A DNA stretch of 64,000 nt from an uncultured bacterium. GTDB taxonomy: Bacteria > SAR324 > NAC60-12. Each line of letters begins with the position of its first letter. Position 1 is the stretch's first letter. Below the pieces are notes generated by a model that saw nothing but the letters and a program-made list of their open reading frames with translations, did no database searches and was not told the origin of the DNA. Positions 30,406 to 40,724 of this stretch are shown here, piece by piece. The stretch covers positions 385,237 through 449,236 of the forward strand of contig CBFIGY010000001.1 in assembly GCA_965662235.1 (NCBI GenBank). Reading direction: 5' to 3'. Made by a program: the position numbers and the translations under genes.

Positions 30406-31365
30406 TTAGCGGTACTCGCCAGCCAGTTTTTCCACGAGGCCGACGTTCTCTTTGGTGACAAAGCCGGGACCCGAGTTTACGTTGTTGCCCGGCAGGACGC
30501 CGTAGCGGTTGTAGAGGGTAAGGACGGTGACCGGAATGTAACCCTGCAGGAACGGCTGCTGGTCAATTCCAAAGGCGATCACGCCATCTTTGATGCCCTG
30601 AGCAATCTCGCCACTCAGGTCAAAGGTGCCGAAGAAGATCTTCCCGGATTTCCCCATCTTGCTCAAAGCACGCAGGGTGGGGTGAGCGGAGGTCGGGCCG
30701 AGCGTCAGGATGCCGTTGGTGTCCGGGTTGGTCCGGAGGTAGGCCTGGACTTTGTTCTCAATTCCCGTAGGATCCTGTCCCGAGTCAATCATCTGATTAC
30801 CCAGATCCACACCAAGTGCGTCAGCGAAGCCCTTGCAGCGTTCCACTGAGGCGGGGTTGGTGATGTAGTGGTTGACGCAGAGGAAATTGGTAACGCCGGC
30901 GTCCTTCGCCTTCAGACCTGCCCCGTAACCAGCGTCGTACTCAGGCTGACCCACATACATGAGGGCGCCCAGCTCACGAGCCTGGTCTGGGGTTCCGGAG
31001 TTGATGGCAATCACAGGAATGCCCCGGCGGACCGCGTTCTGGATTGGCCCCTTGAGGACGTCGTAGTCAGCGATGGTGGTGATGATGCCATTGGGGCGAG
31101 ACGCGGTGGCCTGCTCAATGATCCGGGCCATGTCGGCCAGGTCACCGGTGGGCGGATTGCGGTACTCCACGGTCACGTCCAGCTGCTGGCCCGCTTCCCT
31201 GATGGCATTCTTGATCGTGTTCCACCACGAGTCCGAGTCCGGAGCGTGGCTGACCAGAACAAAGCGCTCTCCTGCGGCTTGAGCGACACCGGTCGCCCCC
31301 AGAACCATCAGGCCGGCTGCCGCAACAGCAAACAGCTTGGTGAGCTTATTCTTCAGAAATTTCAT
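30406..31365 (-). CDS. Sugar ABC transporter substrate-binding protein (probably myo-inositol type)
   Basis: Signal peptide, VSHAPDSDSWWNTIKN, GIPVIAINSG, YVGQPEY, IDQQPFLQGY. Substrate inferred from family resemblance and context. Confidence 0.85.
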   Translation of the reverse strand: MKFLKNKLTKLFAVAAAGLMVLGATGVAQAAGERFVLVSHAPDSDSWWNTIKNAIREAGQQLDVTVEYRNPPTGDLADMARIIEQATASRPNGIITTIADYDVLKGPIQNAVRRGIPVIAINSGTPDQARELGALMYVGQPEYDAGYGAGLKAKDAGVTNFLCVNHYITNPASVERCKGFADALGVDLGNQMIDSGQDPTGIENKVQAYLRTNPDTNGILTLGPTSAHPTLRALSKMGKSGKIFFGTFDLSGEIAQGIKDGVIAFGIDQQPFLQGYIPVTVLTLYNRYGVLPGNNVNSGPGFVTKENVGLVEKLAGEYR

Positions 31366-31417
31366 CTTTCTCTCCTAGCAATTGTTGAGGGGAGGAAGGC
31401 CAGACCTTCCGTTTTTC

Positions 31418-31461
31418 AGAAAAAAAATTCCCAAAAAACCTACAATGGAATATATTCACCA
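31418..31461. promoter_or_regulatory. Candidate RpiR/IolR operators in the divergent promoter
   Basis: AGAA-N6-TTCC at 31418-31431 and TGGAATATATTCACCA at 31446-31461 resemble the GGAA-N6-TTCC IolR motif of alphaproteobacteria. Confidence 0.45.
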
Positions 31462-31513
31462 AATCAAGGCCTGTCAAGAGTTTTTGAACCAAAAAATTTC
31501 AAGTTGAGGAGAA

Positions 31514-32395
31514 ATGGAAAAAAACGTTGAAATGGAGCCGCAAACCTATCCAGAGCTGCGGTCCCGCCTGCTGGAGCATGACCGTCTGAGCCCGCGTTTG
31601 CGGCAGATCGGGAGCTATGCGATGGCGAATCCCAACGTCATGGCTCTGGAGACCATCAGTCAGATTGCGGAGCGTGCAGAAGTGGCTCCTTCCAGTCTGA
31701 TTCGCTTTGCGCAGGCGCTGGGGTATCCCGGGTTTTCCCAGATGCAGAAAGTGTTTCGGGAAGGACTGCTGGAGAGCATTCCGGATTACCAGGCGCGGCT
31801 CCAAGCGGGCAAACAGGGGGAGCGGACCGGAGAGATGCGCCTCACTCACTTCACACAAGGCGCCGAGGTGTCGTTGCGTCAGCTGGAGGAGAGCGTTTCC
31901 GATGAGCAGCTGCAGGCGGCAGTGGCTCTGCTGGCGTCCGCCAACCGGATTCACGTGCTGGCGCATCGGCGTTCCTTCCCGGTGGCCAGCTACTTGGCGT
32001 ATGCGCTGAACCACCTCAACCAGCCGACCCACCTGCTGGATGGCATTGGGGGGTTGCTGCAGGAGCAGGTGAAAACGGTGCTTCGGGGAGATGTGCTGTT
32101 GGCCATTAGCTTCAAACCCTATGCATCTGAGGTCCGGGAGGTCGTGGAGCAGGTGGCGTTGCGCGGGGCCAAGGTGCTGGCGATCACGGATTCGCCGATG
32201 AGTCCGCTGGTGCGGCACACCACCCTGCACCTAGAGGTCCGGGAGAGCGAGGTGGCCGGATTCCGGACCCTGTCATCGACCCTCTGCTTGGCGTTGGCGT
32301 TGGTGGTGGGGCTGGGGAGTCATCTGGAGACAGACTCTGCCCCTGCTCGAGGGACAGAGCGTGCAGAGGAGCCGGGCTCCGGAGGGAGGAGTTAG
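31514..32395 (+). CDS. MurR/RpiR-family transcriptional regulator (IolR-like)
   Basis: [41 protein letters not shown] domain with [22 protein letters not shown]. Confidence 0.92.
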   Translation: MEKNVEMEPQTYPELRSRLLEHDRLSPRLRQIGSYAMANPNVMALETISQIAERAEVAPSSLIRFAQALGYPGFSQMQKVFREGLLESIPDYQARLQAGKQGERTGEMRLTHFTQGAEVSLRQLEESVSDEQLQAAVALLASANRIHVLAHRRSFPVASYLAYALNHLNQPTHLLDGIGGLLQEQVKTVLRGDVLLAISFKPYASEVREVVEQVALRGAKVLAITDSPMSPLVRHTTLHLEVRESEVAGFRTLSSTLCLALALVVGLGSHLETDSAPARGTERAEEPGSGGRS

Positions 32396-34887
32396 GCTTC
32401 TGGAACCGCGGCTGGCGCTTCCGGAGTGCCCTCTTCCACTTCGTCCATGGGCTCCAGGTCTGTTTCCTCTTCCGTCATGGGCGCAACGGCAATGACGCGC
32501 TCGTCGTCCCGCATCTCACGGATCAATCGAGTTCCCTGAGTGACACGACTGAGGAGGCGAATTTCGTCCACCCGGAGGCGGATGATGCGTCCTGTCTGCG
32601 TGATCACAAAGACCTGGTGCTCGTCTTCCACCTCAAAGGTGTTCACAACCGGGCCGGTGCGTTCATTGGTCCGCATCGCCAGCATGCCAAAGTTGGCGCG
32701 GTGCTTGGAAAGGGTGAAGTCGGAGACCGGAGTCTTTTTGCCAAACCCTTTTTCGGTAACCGTCAGGAGGTGTCCGGTGCCCTGCAGGGCAATGGCGGAA
32801 ACGACTACGTCTTCTTCACGTAGGCGGATGCCAATCACCCCTTGCGCGGCCCGTCCCATGGGACGGATGGTGGACTCATGCACCCGGAGGCTCTGCCCGG
32901 ATCGGGTGGTGAAGAACAGCTCGCGCTCGCCATCGGTGATCTGGGCGGAAATGAGCCGGTCCCCTTCTTCCAGCGTGATGGCCCGGAGGCCGTTGACGCG
33001 GATGCGGTCGCAGTCGAGCATGTCGATCTTCTTAACCGTTCCCTGCTCTGTGCAGAGGAGGATGTACTTCCCCTCGGCTCCCTGAGGAACGCTGAGGCAG
33101 GAGCAGACGCGCTCGCCCTCTCGCATGGGGAGGATGTTGACAATGGCCTTGCCCCGACCAGTGGGACCTCCTTGTGGGAGCTCATAGACCTTCTTGCGGA
33201 ACACCTGCCCCATGGTGGTGAAGAAGAGCAGGTGGTCGTGCGTGGAGGCAACAAACATCTGTTCGACAAAGTCTTCATCCTTGGTGGACATGCCGAGTTT
33301 TCCCTTGCCTCCACGGCGCTGGAGGCGGTACTCGCTTACGGGGCTCCGCTTGGCATAGCCGGCGTGAGACAGAGTCACGACCATGTCCTCTTCGTTGATG
33401 AGTTCCTCAATGAGGATGGAGCTGTCGTGTTCGGTGATCTCCGTCCGGCGAGCGTCCCCATAGGTGTCTCGGACCTCAAGGGTCTCCGTCCGGATGATGT
33501 CAATGACGCGTTCATCGCGGGCCAGGATGTCCTTCAGGTCCACAATGGTCTCTCCGACCTTCTGGTGCTCATCGCGGATCTTGTCCTGCTCCATGCCGGT
33601 AAGGCGCTGGAGTCGGAGCTCCAGGATGGACTTAGCCTGCCGCTTGGTCAGCCCGAACTCGTTCATCAGCCGACCCTCTGCCGTCGCGGTATCGGAGGCG
33701 GAGCGGATCAGTTCAATGACAGGGTCGAGGTTCTGGAGGGCGATCATCAGGCCCTCAAGGATGTGCATGCGGTCTTCTGCCTGCTTCAGCTCGTAGCGTG
33801 TGCGGCGGGTGACCACCTCGATCCGGTGCTGCAGGAAGAATTCGAGCACCTGCGGGAGGCTGAGCACCTTGGGCTGCCGGTCGACAATGGCCAGCATGAT
33901 GATGCCGAAGCTGGACTGCAGAGCGGTGTGCTTGAAGAGGTTGCTGAGCACAACATCCGGGTTGTCCCCTCGGCGGACCTGGATGAAGACGCGCATGCCC
34001 TTGCGGTCGCTTTCGTCTCGGAGGTCGGTGATGCCCTCGAGCTTCTTCTGGCGGACGAGGTCGGCAATCTTCTCCAGCAGCATGGCCTTGTTCACCATGT
34101 ACGGAAGTTCCGTCACGATGATGGCCTGGCGTCCGTCCTTGCTCTCCTCGACGTGGGACTTGGCCCGGACGTGGAGGATGCCGCGACCGGTGGAGTAGGC
34201 CTCAAAGATCCCATGCTTGCCCATGATCATGCCACCGGTGGGGAAGTCTGGCCCTGGGAGGATCTCCATCAGCTCCGGAATGCTGGCCTGGTAGCGGTGA
34301 TCGATGTAGTAGAGGAGGGCATCCAGAACCTCCTTCAGGTTGTGCGGGGGAATGTTGCTGGCCATGCCGACGGCGATCCCGGTGGAACCGTTCACCAGCA
34401 GGTTGGGGATACGGGTCGGGAAGACGGTGGGCTCCGTGAGGGAGTCGTCGTAGTTGGTGGCAAAGTCAACGGTGTCCTTGTCCAGGTCGGCCATCAGCTC
34501 ATGAGCAATGCGCTTCATGCGGACCTCGGTGTACCGCATCGCAGCAGCGGAGTCACCGTCAATGGACCCAAAGTTCCCCTGCCCATCGACCAGCTGGTAG
34601 CGCATGGAGAAGTCCTGCGTCAGGCGGACAATGGTGTCGTAAACCGCTTGGTCCCCATGCGGGTGGTACTTTCCGATCACGTCTCCGACGACGCGGGCCG
34701 ACTTCCGGTAGGGCTTGTTGTAGTCGTTGCCCTGCTCGTTCATGGAGTAGAGCACCCGACGGTGCACCGGCTTGAGGCCGTCTCGGACATCCGGAAGGGC
34801 ACGTCCAACGATGACGCTCATGGCGTACTCCATGTAGGAGCTCCGCATTTCTTCGTTAATGTCCGCAGAAAGAATAGTTTCGGTCAT
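32392..34887 (-). CDS. gyrA: DNA gyrase subunit A
   Basis: [30 protein letters not shown], GyrA-box QRRGGKG, beta-pinwheel repeats, acidic tail. Confidence 0.98.
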   Translation of the reverse strand: MTETILSADINEEMRSSYMEYAMSVIVGRALPDVRDGLKPVHRRVLYSMNEQGNDYNKPYRKSARVVGDVIGKYHPHGDQAVYDTIVRLTQDFSMRYQLVDGQGNFGSIDGDSAAAMRYTEVRMKRIAHELMADLDKDTVDFATNYDDSLTEPTVFPTRIPNLLVNGSTGIAVGMASNIPPHNLKEVLDALLYYIDHRYQASIPELMEILPGPDFPTGGMIMGKHGIFEAYSTGRGILHVRAKSHVEESKDGRQAIIVTELPYMVNKAMLLEKIADLVRQKKLEGITDLRDESDRKGMRVFIQVRRGDNPDVVLSNLFKHTALQSSFGIIMLAIVDRQPKVLSLPQVLEFFLQHRIEVVTRRTRYELKQAEDRMHILEGLMIALQNLDPVIELIRSASDTATAEGRLMNEFGLTKRQAKSILELRLQRLTGMEQDKIRDEHQKVGETIVDLKDILARDERVIDIIRTETLEVRDTYGDARRTEITEHDSSILIEELINEEDMVVTLSHAGYAKRSPVSEYRLQRRGGKGKLGMSTKDEDFVEQMFVASTHDHLLFFTTMGQVFRKKVYELPQGGPTGRGKAIVNILPMREGERVCSCLSVPQGAEGKYILLCTEQGTVKKIDMLDCDRIRVNGLRAITLEEGDRLISAQITDGERELFFTTRSGQSLRVHESTIRPMGRAAQGVIGIRLREEDVVVSAIALQGTGHLLTVTEKGFGKKTPVSDFTLSKHRANFGMLAMRTNERTGPVVNTFEVEDEHQVFVITQTGRIIRLRVDEIRLLSRVTQGTRLIREMRDDERVIAVAPMTEEETDLEPMDEVEEGTPEAPAAVPEA

Positions 34888-34948
34888 GGGGTAGCTGAAT
34901 ACGAATGGGACAAGGGGAACCGGACCTGACGGTCCGGAGGCCAGTTGG

Positions 34949-35425
34949 TTAGAGGGTCTTGACCACGTACTCGTGATCGCGCTTGCTCAGCACCTCGAAT
35001 TTTTCCATCACATCGCCCTGCTGGGTGGCGTTGACGATGTCTAGGCCGTCGATGACCTTGCCGAAGACGGTGTGACGTCCGTCTAGGTGGGGCTGAGGAC
35101 CATGAGTGATGAAGAACTGGCTGCCGTTGGTGTTGGGACCCGCGTTGGCCATGGAGAGGATGCCGGCGGCATCGTGACGCCGGTGCGAGACGAACTCGTC
35201 CCCAAAACGGTAGCCGGGACCTCCGGTTCCGGTGCCCTTGGGACAACCGCCCTGGATCATGAAGTTGGCGATGACCCGGTGGAACGACAGGCCGTCGTAA
35301 AAGCCTTGCTCCGCAAGCGAGATCATGTTGGCGACGGTGTTCGGGGCATCGTCTTCAAACAGCTCCAAGGTGATGGCACCGCGGTTGGTCTGAATCCGGA
35401 TTTGGGGGAGGGCTTCTTCAGTCAT
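34949..35425 (-). CDS. Cyclophilin-type peptidyl-prolyl isomerase
   Basis: [36 protein letters not shown]. Confidence 0.96.
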   Translation of the reverse strand: MTEEALPQIRIQTNRGAITLELFEDDAPNTVANMISLAEQGFYDGLSFHRVIANFMIQGGCPKGTGTGGPGYRFGDEFVSHRRHDAAGILSMANAGPNTNGSQFFITHGPQPHLDGRHTVFGKVIDGLDIVNATQQGDVMEKFEVLSKRDHEYVVKTL

Positions 35426-35460
35426 GGTCGTTTTGGTTGGGGAAAGGGGTAAGGCGGGGG

Positions 35461-35775
35461 CTACTGCCCCTGAAGCAGGGTGCTGAGGTCGAATCCGGAG
35501 AGCGCTGCAGAAGTCTCGGAGTCGACCCAGAGGCCGTCTTCAAAGACGATGAGCTTCTCAATGCCCCGGAATGGGCTCAGCACCTTTACATAAGAGGTCT
35601 CGTCTTCTCCTTTGAGCGTGACCTCGGTTTCGGTTTCCTTGGTGACCTTCCCGGCGTAGAGGATGCGGTCGGATTTCGGAACCGTGATTTTTGCGCCGTC
35701 AATCTTGATTGAGGGCGGACGGGTGGGGTCAGGCCGCTTGAGGGCCTTGTCCAGCATTCCCTTGATTGCAGACAT
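35461..35775 (-). CDS. Hypothetical protein (104 aa)
   Basis: Co-oriented within the operon with host-like codon use. Start [10 protein letters not shown] at 35775. Confidence 0.7.
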   Translation of the reverse strand: MSAIKGMLDKALKRPDPTRPPSIKIDGAKITVPKSDRILYAGKVTKETETEVTLKGEDETSYVKVLSPFRGIEKLIVFEDGLWVDSETSAALSGFDLSTLLQGQ

Positions 35776-35812
35776 AGAACGAGGCAGGTGGGCAGGAAGT
35801 GAAGGCGGTGGC

Positions 35813-36058
35813 TTATGGAACGAGGGTTTCCAGCTGATCAACGGCATGGACGGGTGCGTTGCTGCCCGCCATGAAGGGCTGGATGGCGCCATAAACCATG
35901 CGTTGCTTCTCTAGGGTCCGCTTGCCTGAAAACTCAGGAGAGACGACCCGGATGCTGAAGTGACCGCCGTTTCCGGTCACCTGGGCCTGAGATTGCGGGA
36001 TTGCGGCTTCAATGGCCGTCTTCATCTGTGCTTCCAGGGAGTCCCAAGGTTGAGTCAT
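35813..36058 (-). CDS. BolA/IbaG-family protein
   Basis: GGHFSIRVVSPEFSGK..LEKQRMVY...VHA. Confidence 0.92.
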   Translation of the reverse strand: MTQPWDSLEAQMKTAIEAAIPQSQAQVTGNGGHFSIRVVSPEFSGKRTLEKQRMVYGAIQPFMAGSNAPVHAVDQLETLVP

Positions 36059-36063
36059 GGCGC

Positions 36064-36432
36064 TTACATCCAGCTGGGGGTGAAGGTTTCCTGAGCGGCC
36101 GGGGTGTCGTACATGAACGACGTCTTGCAGCCACAGGAGCTTTTGGCAGAGGGGTTGTTGAACTTCAACCCGCGGTCCATGAGGCTGTAGCTCCAGTCCA
36201 CTTCGGTGCCATCAATGTAGAGGTGACTCTTCTTGTCCACAAGCACCCGCAGTCCGTGAGACTCAAACTCTAGGTCAAACCGGGTCTTGCGAGAGTCGAA
36301 GTCGAGGGTGTAGGTGAAGCCGGAGCATCCGCCAGCCTTCACTCCGACGCGGACCGCCACATCGTTGTTGAGTTCCTGATCCGCCATGATGTTGCGGATC
36401 TCCTTTGCCGCACTTTCGGTAAGGGTAACCAT
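36064..36432 (-). CDS. A-type Fe-S cluster carrier (IscA/ErpA/HesB family)
   Basis: LTESAA, GGCSGFTY, FNNPSAKSSCGCKTSF. Confidence 0.95.
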   Translation of the reverse strand: MVTLTESAAKEIRNIMADQELNNDVAVRVGVKAGGCSGFTYTLDFDSRKTRFDLEFESHGLRVLVDKKSHLYIDGTEVDWSYSLMDRGLKFNNPSAKSSCGCKTSFMYDTPAAQETFTPSWM

Positions 36433-36435
36433 GGT

Positions 36436-36843
36436 TCAGTGTCCTTCGCTCACCAGGTTTCGATTCCACGATGGAATTTCCACAATCAGGTCCGTGCTGC
36501 CGTCGGGCACACACTGGCATGCCAGCCGAGACTGTGGGGTCAGGCCGGGCGCCAGGTCCAGCATGTCTTCTTCGTCCTCGGTGGCCTCATTGCAGCTGGG
36601 CTCTCCTTCCCGGACAATGACATGGCAGGTGGAGCAGGCGCAGACGCCCCCGCAGGAGTGATCCACATCCAGTCCGGCATCCAGCGCAATGCGCAGCAGG
36701 GAGCCGGGCAGTCCGTCGCCGTCCATGCGTAGCTCTCCCGGGATGACTTCGACCACCTTGCCTTCAGGCAGGAAGGTCACCCGGTAAGGTTTTTGAGGAA
36801 GGGTGTATTCGGCTTGTTGGATGTAAGGATTCAGCCCAGACAT
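36436..36843 (-). CDS. fdx: ISC-type 2Fe-2S ferredoxin
   Basis: HSCGGVCACSTCHV, EEDMLD, SRLACQC. Start at ATG 36843. Confidence 0.9.
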   Translation of the reverse strand: MSGLNPYIQQAEYTLPQKPYRVTFLPEGKVVEVIPGELRMDGDGLPGSLLRIALDAGLDVDHSCGGVCACSTCHVIVREGEPSCNEATEDEEDMLDLAPGLTPQSRLACQCVPDGSTDLIVEIPSWNRNLVSEGH

Positions 36844-36972
36844 GGTTCCATCACTTTGAGAATGATTTAAGGAAATATGTTTCTGATATAGTAACGAAAA
36901 GGCTCGTTCTTGTCTAGAGAAAGCCACGCGGGGCGGTGCAATCGGGAGCAAATCTGCTGAAGCGGGAAAAAC

Positions 36973-37001
36973 TTGCAACTTTGCTGGCAAATCCGTAATT
37001 T
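36973..37001 (+). promoter_or_regulatory. Probable sigma70 promoter of the atp F0 operon
   Basis: TTGCAA-N17-TAATTT about 20 nt before the first ATG. Confidence 0.5.
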
Positions 37002-37022
37002 ACAGCGTTTTTCTGGAGGCGC

Positions 37023-37259
37023 ATGAAATTTCCGCAGCTCGATCCAAAATTTATGATGTTCAGCTCCATGGGGCTGGAGTTGGGGCTTTCGGTGATTGTT
37101 GGCTTCCTGGTGGGGAGCTGGCTGGATCGCTTCTGGGGCACCGAACCGTGGTTGCTGCTGATCTTTGGCATCTCCGGGATCATTGCCGGGTACCGCAGCG
37201 TGTTCCGTCTTCTGAAGAAGCTTCGTCAAGAAAACTCTGAGGCCGAGTCATCCTCATGA
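37023..37259 (+). CDS. AtpZ/AtpI-family membrane protein
   Basis: GLELGLSVIVG..G.WLDR.WGT.PW, two TM helices. Confidence 0.9.
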   Translation: MKFPQLDPKFMMFSSMGLELGLSVIVGFLVGSWLDRFWGTEPWLLLIFGISGIIAGYRSVFRLLKKLRQENSEAESSS

Positions 37260-37714
37260 CCCCTGACCCTTCTGCGGTCCCTCCTTCACCGGAACCGTCT
37301 TCACCTGAATCGCCTCCGGAAGCCGATTCCGGCTCTTCTGAGCTGAAGGCTGCGCAGGACATTCAGCAGCTGCTGGTGATCTGCAGTGCCCTTTTGGCGT
37401 TGGTGGCAGCGTTCCTAGATCTTGACTATTTGCCTGGATCCGTGCTAGGTTCTGCGGTTGTCGGATTCAATTTGCACTGGACCATCAGCTTCGTACGATC
37501 CCTCTTGGAATCAGGACGCGTGAGCGCAGGGCTGGTTCTGGTGCATCTCCTGAAGTTTGGAGCATCTGTTCTGGTGCTGTACCTAGCGCTCAATCCGTTG
37601 GGCGTTCCGCCCCTTGGACTCCTGCTCGGGCTCTCGAATATCGTCTTTGCGGTTGCGTGGCACTCTGTTCGACGACAGGCCTCTTCGTCCCGTGATTCTG
37701 AACCTTCACTCTAG
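37256..37714 (+). CDS. ATP synthase protein I (AtpI-like, 4 TM)
   Basis: Hydrophobic four-helix protein lying between atpZ and atpB. Confidence 0.75.
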   Translation: MTPDPSAVPPSPEPSSPESPPEADSGSSELKAAQDIQQLLVICSALLALVAAFLDLDYLPGSVLGSAVVGFNLHWTISFVRSLLESGRVSAGLVLVHLLKFGASVLVLYLALNPLGVPPLGLLLGLSNIVFAVAWHSVRRQASSSRDSEPSL

Positions 37715-37724
37715 AAACTGAAGA

Positions 37725-38498
37725 ATGAAGCGCGTTCCCTTACTCCTGGCTGCTCTGGCCTCCGGAACCTCAGCATTTGCGGCTGAAGGTGGATTTACTT
37801 GGTCTCATGCCCTGCTGGGGAGTTTTGAGGAGCCGTTGGCCAAGATGGGCATCGACCCTGTCCCCACGCTGGACATGCTGCTGCTGGCCGTGATCCTCAT
37901 TGCCTTCGCCTTCATTGCCGGAATGCCCTTCCGCGCAGGTGTGCGGGAAGCAACAGGCAAAGCCGACCTCGCCAACTTCACAGAGGTCATGGTTCAGAGC
38001 ATCCTCAACTTCCTCAGTGGCATCATCCGCCACGGAGTGGGCGCACGGCCGATCATGCCGCTGCTGGGGACGTACCTGCTCTTCATCTTCATCCTCAACT
38101 TTTCAGGACTGATTCCCGGGTTCAACCCCCCGACCGATCAGTTCAATGTGACCATCGCCTTCGCGATCATCATCTTCTTGGTCACTCACTACCTGGGCAT
38201 TCGCCAACACGGAAGTCACTACATCCAACAGTTCTTGGGGCCGATGCCGATCCTGGCACCCCTGATGCTGCCGATCGAACTGATCAGCCATCTGGTCCGG
38301 CCTCTTTCGCTTTCCATCCGCTTATTCGGCAACATGACGGGAGACCACAAAGTCTTAGTGATCTTTTCGTCAATCCTGGCGGTTGGCCTGCCAATCCCCT
38401 TCATGGGGCTTGGCCTTTTGGTGTCAGTGCTGCAGGCCTTCGTGTTTGTGCTGCTGTCTGCCATTTATTTTGAACAGGCCATGAGCGAAGCTCACTGA
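37725..38498 (+). CDS. atpB: F0F1 ATP synthase subunit a
   Basis: RPLSLSIRLFGNMTGDH, LQAFVFVLLSAIY. Confidence 0.97.
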   Translation: MKRVPLLLAALASGTSAFAAEGGFTWSHALLGSFEEPLAKMGIDPVPTLDMLLLAVILIAFAFIAGMPFRAGVREATGKADLANFTEVMVQSILNFLSGIIRHGVGARPIMPLLGTYLLFIFILNFSGLIPGFNPPTDQFNVTIAFAIIIFLVTHYLGIRQHGSHYIQQFLGPMPILAPLMLPIELISHLVRPLSLSIRLFGNMTGDHKVLVIFSSILAVGLPIPFMGLGLLVSVLQAFVFVLLSAIYFEQAMSEAH

Positions 38499-38534
38499 GC
38501 CTCTTCCCCAACTTTTCACCATCAAGGAAACTCC

Positions 38535-38834
38535 ATGAAGAAGCTCCTTCTTCTGATCGTGCTGCTCGCAGCCGCCGCTCCTCTGTACGCTCAGGAAATG
38601 GGCGAACTCGCCACCTTCGGAATTGCCCTGGGTGCCGGCCTTGCCATCTCCGTGGCCGCCCTCGGTGGCGCTCTGGGTCAGGGTGCTGCAGTGCGTGCCG
38701 CTCTTGAAGGCATTGCGCGCAACCCCAACGCCTCTGACAAGATCTTCACCCCGATGATCATCGGTCTGGCGCTGATCGAGTCCCTCGTGATTTACGCGCT
38801 CGTGATTGCCTTCATTCTGCAAGGTAAGATCTAA
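38535..38834 (+). CDS. atpE: F0F1 ATP synthase subunit c
   Basis: [24 protein letters not shown]. Confidence 0.97.
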   Translation: MKKLLLLIVLLAAAAPLYAQEMGELATFGIALGAGLAISVAALGGALGQGAAVRAALEGIARNPNASDKIFTPMIIGLALIESLVIYALVIAFILQGKI

Positions 38835-38846
38835 GAGTTCCGTTCA

Positions 38847-38890
38847 GGCGGCCCGATCCTTCGGGCTGCCTTCCCCTCCCTTCCTTTTTT
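38847..38890 (+). terminator. Probable terminator after atpE
   Basis: GGCGGCCCGA-TCCT-TCGGGCTGCC stem followed by a pyrimidine/T tract. Confidence 0.6.
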
Positions 38891-38953
38891 CCCTTTTCTC
38901 CTGTTCAAGTGGTACAGTAACGCGTCCGGCAACTTCCGTACTCTTGTTACTCC

Positions 38954-40327
38954 ATGGACCTTCCCGATCTCTTTCAGCACGAACAGGTGGAGCGTCAGCG
39001 GCGAGAAGCGCCCCTGGCCGACCGCATGCGTCCCCAGACCCTTGACGAGTTCATTGGGCAGGAACACATCCTTGCGCCAGGACGCCTGCTCCGTCGAGCC
39101 ATTCAGGCCGATCAGCTGTCGAGCCTGATCTTTGCCGGACCGCCTGGGACTGGAAAGACGACCCTTGCCCGCATCATTGCCAACACGACCAAGGCGGAGT
39201 TCCTTGCGCTGAATGCGGTGCTGTCCGGAGTGGCAGACCTCCGCAAGGCTGTGGACACGGCGCAGCGGCTGAATCAGGAGCAGCAGCGTAAGACGATCCT
39301 CTTTGTCGACGAAGTGCACCGCTTCAATAAGTCTCAGCAGGATGCGCTGTTGCCTCACGTAGAAAACGGAACCCTCCTCTTCATTGGCGCGACCACTGAG
39401 AATCCTTACTTTGAGGTCAACAAGGCGTTGGTGAGTCGCTCCCGGATCTTCCTGCTGCGTTCACTGGAAGCAGAGCACCTGGAGCGCATTCTGGAGCAAG
39501 CCCTGCGGATGCCAGAGCGAGGGTACGGAGGTCGGCCGGTGGAGCTGTTGCCGGAAGCCCGTCAGCACCTCGCCCGTGTGGCCTCCGGAGACGCCCGCGC
39601 CGCCCTCAACGCGTTGGAATTGGCGGTGCAGACCAGTGATCCGGAGCCTGACGGATCCTTGCGGATTACGCTGGAAATTGCCGAAGAGTCGATTCAGCAG
39701 CGGGCGGTGCTCTATGACCGGGATGGAGACGCGCACTTTGACACGATCTCAGCCTTCATCAAGTCCCTGCGGGGATCGGACCCGGACGCGGCGCTTTACT
39801 GGATGGCGAAGATGATTCAAGGAGGTGAGGACCCCCGGTTCCTATTCCGGCGCATGCTCATCTTTGCCTGTGAAGACGTGGGCATGGCCGATCCCAATGC
39901 CTTAGTGGTCACCAATGCTGCAGCACAGGCTTACGACCAGGTGGGGATGCCGGAAGGGCGCTTCCACCTTGCGCACGCCTGCCTGTACCTGAGCACGGCT
40001 CCCAAGAGCAACAGCGCCTTTGCGTTCTTTGATGCGCTGAAGCAGGTGGAGCAGGAAGCACAGGACGAGGTTCCGGACCCTCTGAAGGATCCCAGCCGCG
40101 ACGGGAAGGGCTTGGGGCACGGTCAAGGGTACCTCTACCCGCACGCTTACCGCGATCACTGGGTCGCGCAGCAGTACCTCCCTCAGGCGCTGCAGGGACG
40201 CCTCTTCTACCAACCAAGCGATCAGGGGGCAGAAGCCGCCATCCGAAAACAGGTGGAGCAACGTCGTCAGCAGCAGATCGCCGCCTTCCTTGCCCAGGAG
40301 TCTCAAGAGCCTCCCTCCTCTTCCTGA
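38954..40327 (+). CDS. rarA: Replication-associated recombination protein A (AAA+ ATPase)
   Basis: PLADRMRP, GPPGTGKTT, DEVHRFNKSQQD, GATTENPYF, ISAFIKSLRGSDPDAA. Confidence 0.96.
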   Translation: MDLPDLFQHEQVERQRREAPLADRMRPQTLDEFIGQEHILAPGRLLRRAIQADQLSSLIFAGPPGTGKTTLARIIANTTKAEFLALNAVLSGVADLRKAVDTAQRLNQEQQRKTILFVDEVHRFNKSQQDALLPHVENGTLLFIGATTENPYFEVNKALVSRSRIFLLRSLEAEHLERILEQALRMPERGYGGRPVELLPEARQHLARVASGDARAALNALELAVQTSDPEPDGSLRITLEIAEESIQQRAVLYDRDGDAHFDTISAFIKSLRGSDPDAALYWMAKMIQGGEDPRFLFRRMLIFACEDVGMADPNALVVTNAAAQAYDQVGMPEGRFHLAHACLYLSTAPKSNSAFAFFDALKQVEQEAQDEVPDPLKDPSRDGKGLGHGQGYLYPHAYRDHWVAQQYLPQALQGRLFYQPSDQGAEAAIRKQVEQRRQQQIAAFLAQESQEPPSSS

Positions 40328-40335
40328 AACTCAAC

Positions 40336-40539
40336 ATGCCGCAAAAACTTTTTTTCTGGCTGGCGCTGGCCGCCCTCTTCACGTCAAGCTGTGGGAAACA
40401 GCCCGTCATTTTCTATAAGTACGGAGACACCAATCAGTTCCGCGTCAGAGCCGTGGACGCCTGCTACGGAGACTTTGATGTGCGGGACAAGAAACGCTTT
40501 GGCCCTTACGAACGGGTGGAACTGGAGTGCCTCCGCTAA
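40336..40539 (+). CDS. Small hypothetical lipoprotein
   Basis: Signal peptide ending in FTSSC, two further Cys residues. Confidence 0.65.
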   Translation: MPQKLFFWLALAALFTSSCGKQPVIFYKYGDTNQFRVRAVDACYGDFDVRDKKRFGPYERVELECLR

Positions 40540-40553
40540 CCCTCGGCTTCCCT

Positions 40554-40721
40554 ATGGACCTCACAACCCCCTATAGCAAAGAGTACCGCGACTACATGGA
40601 ATACGCCCTCCAGCGCTTCCTCATTGAGCACCACCAGTACAGCGAGTACGACGCCAAGATCAAGGTCATGCAGGACTTTGACGAGGTCGAGCAGCAGGCC
40701 CAAAAGGAGGGCTATCTCTGA
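40554..40721 (+). CDS. Small hypothetical protein (55 aa)
   Basis: MDLTTPYSKEYRDYMEY...; strong NNC/NNG codon bias. Confidence 0.7.
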   Translation: MDLTTPYSKEYRDYMEYALQRFLIEHHQYSEYDAKIKVMQDFDEVEQQAQKEGYL

Positions 40722-40724
40722 GTG

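Noticed and set aside
32842..34929. 695-aa + strand ORF antisense to gyrA (similarly 41143-42870 opposite groEL, 9695-10807, 160-1119, 59848-60759)
   Set aside because: Shadow ORFs produced by high-GC codon bias of real genes on the opposite strand; no motifs of their own.
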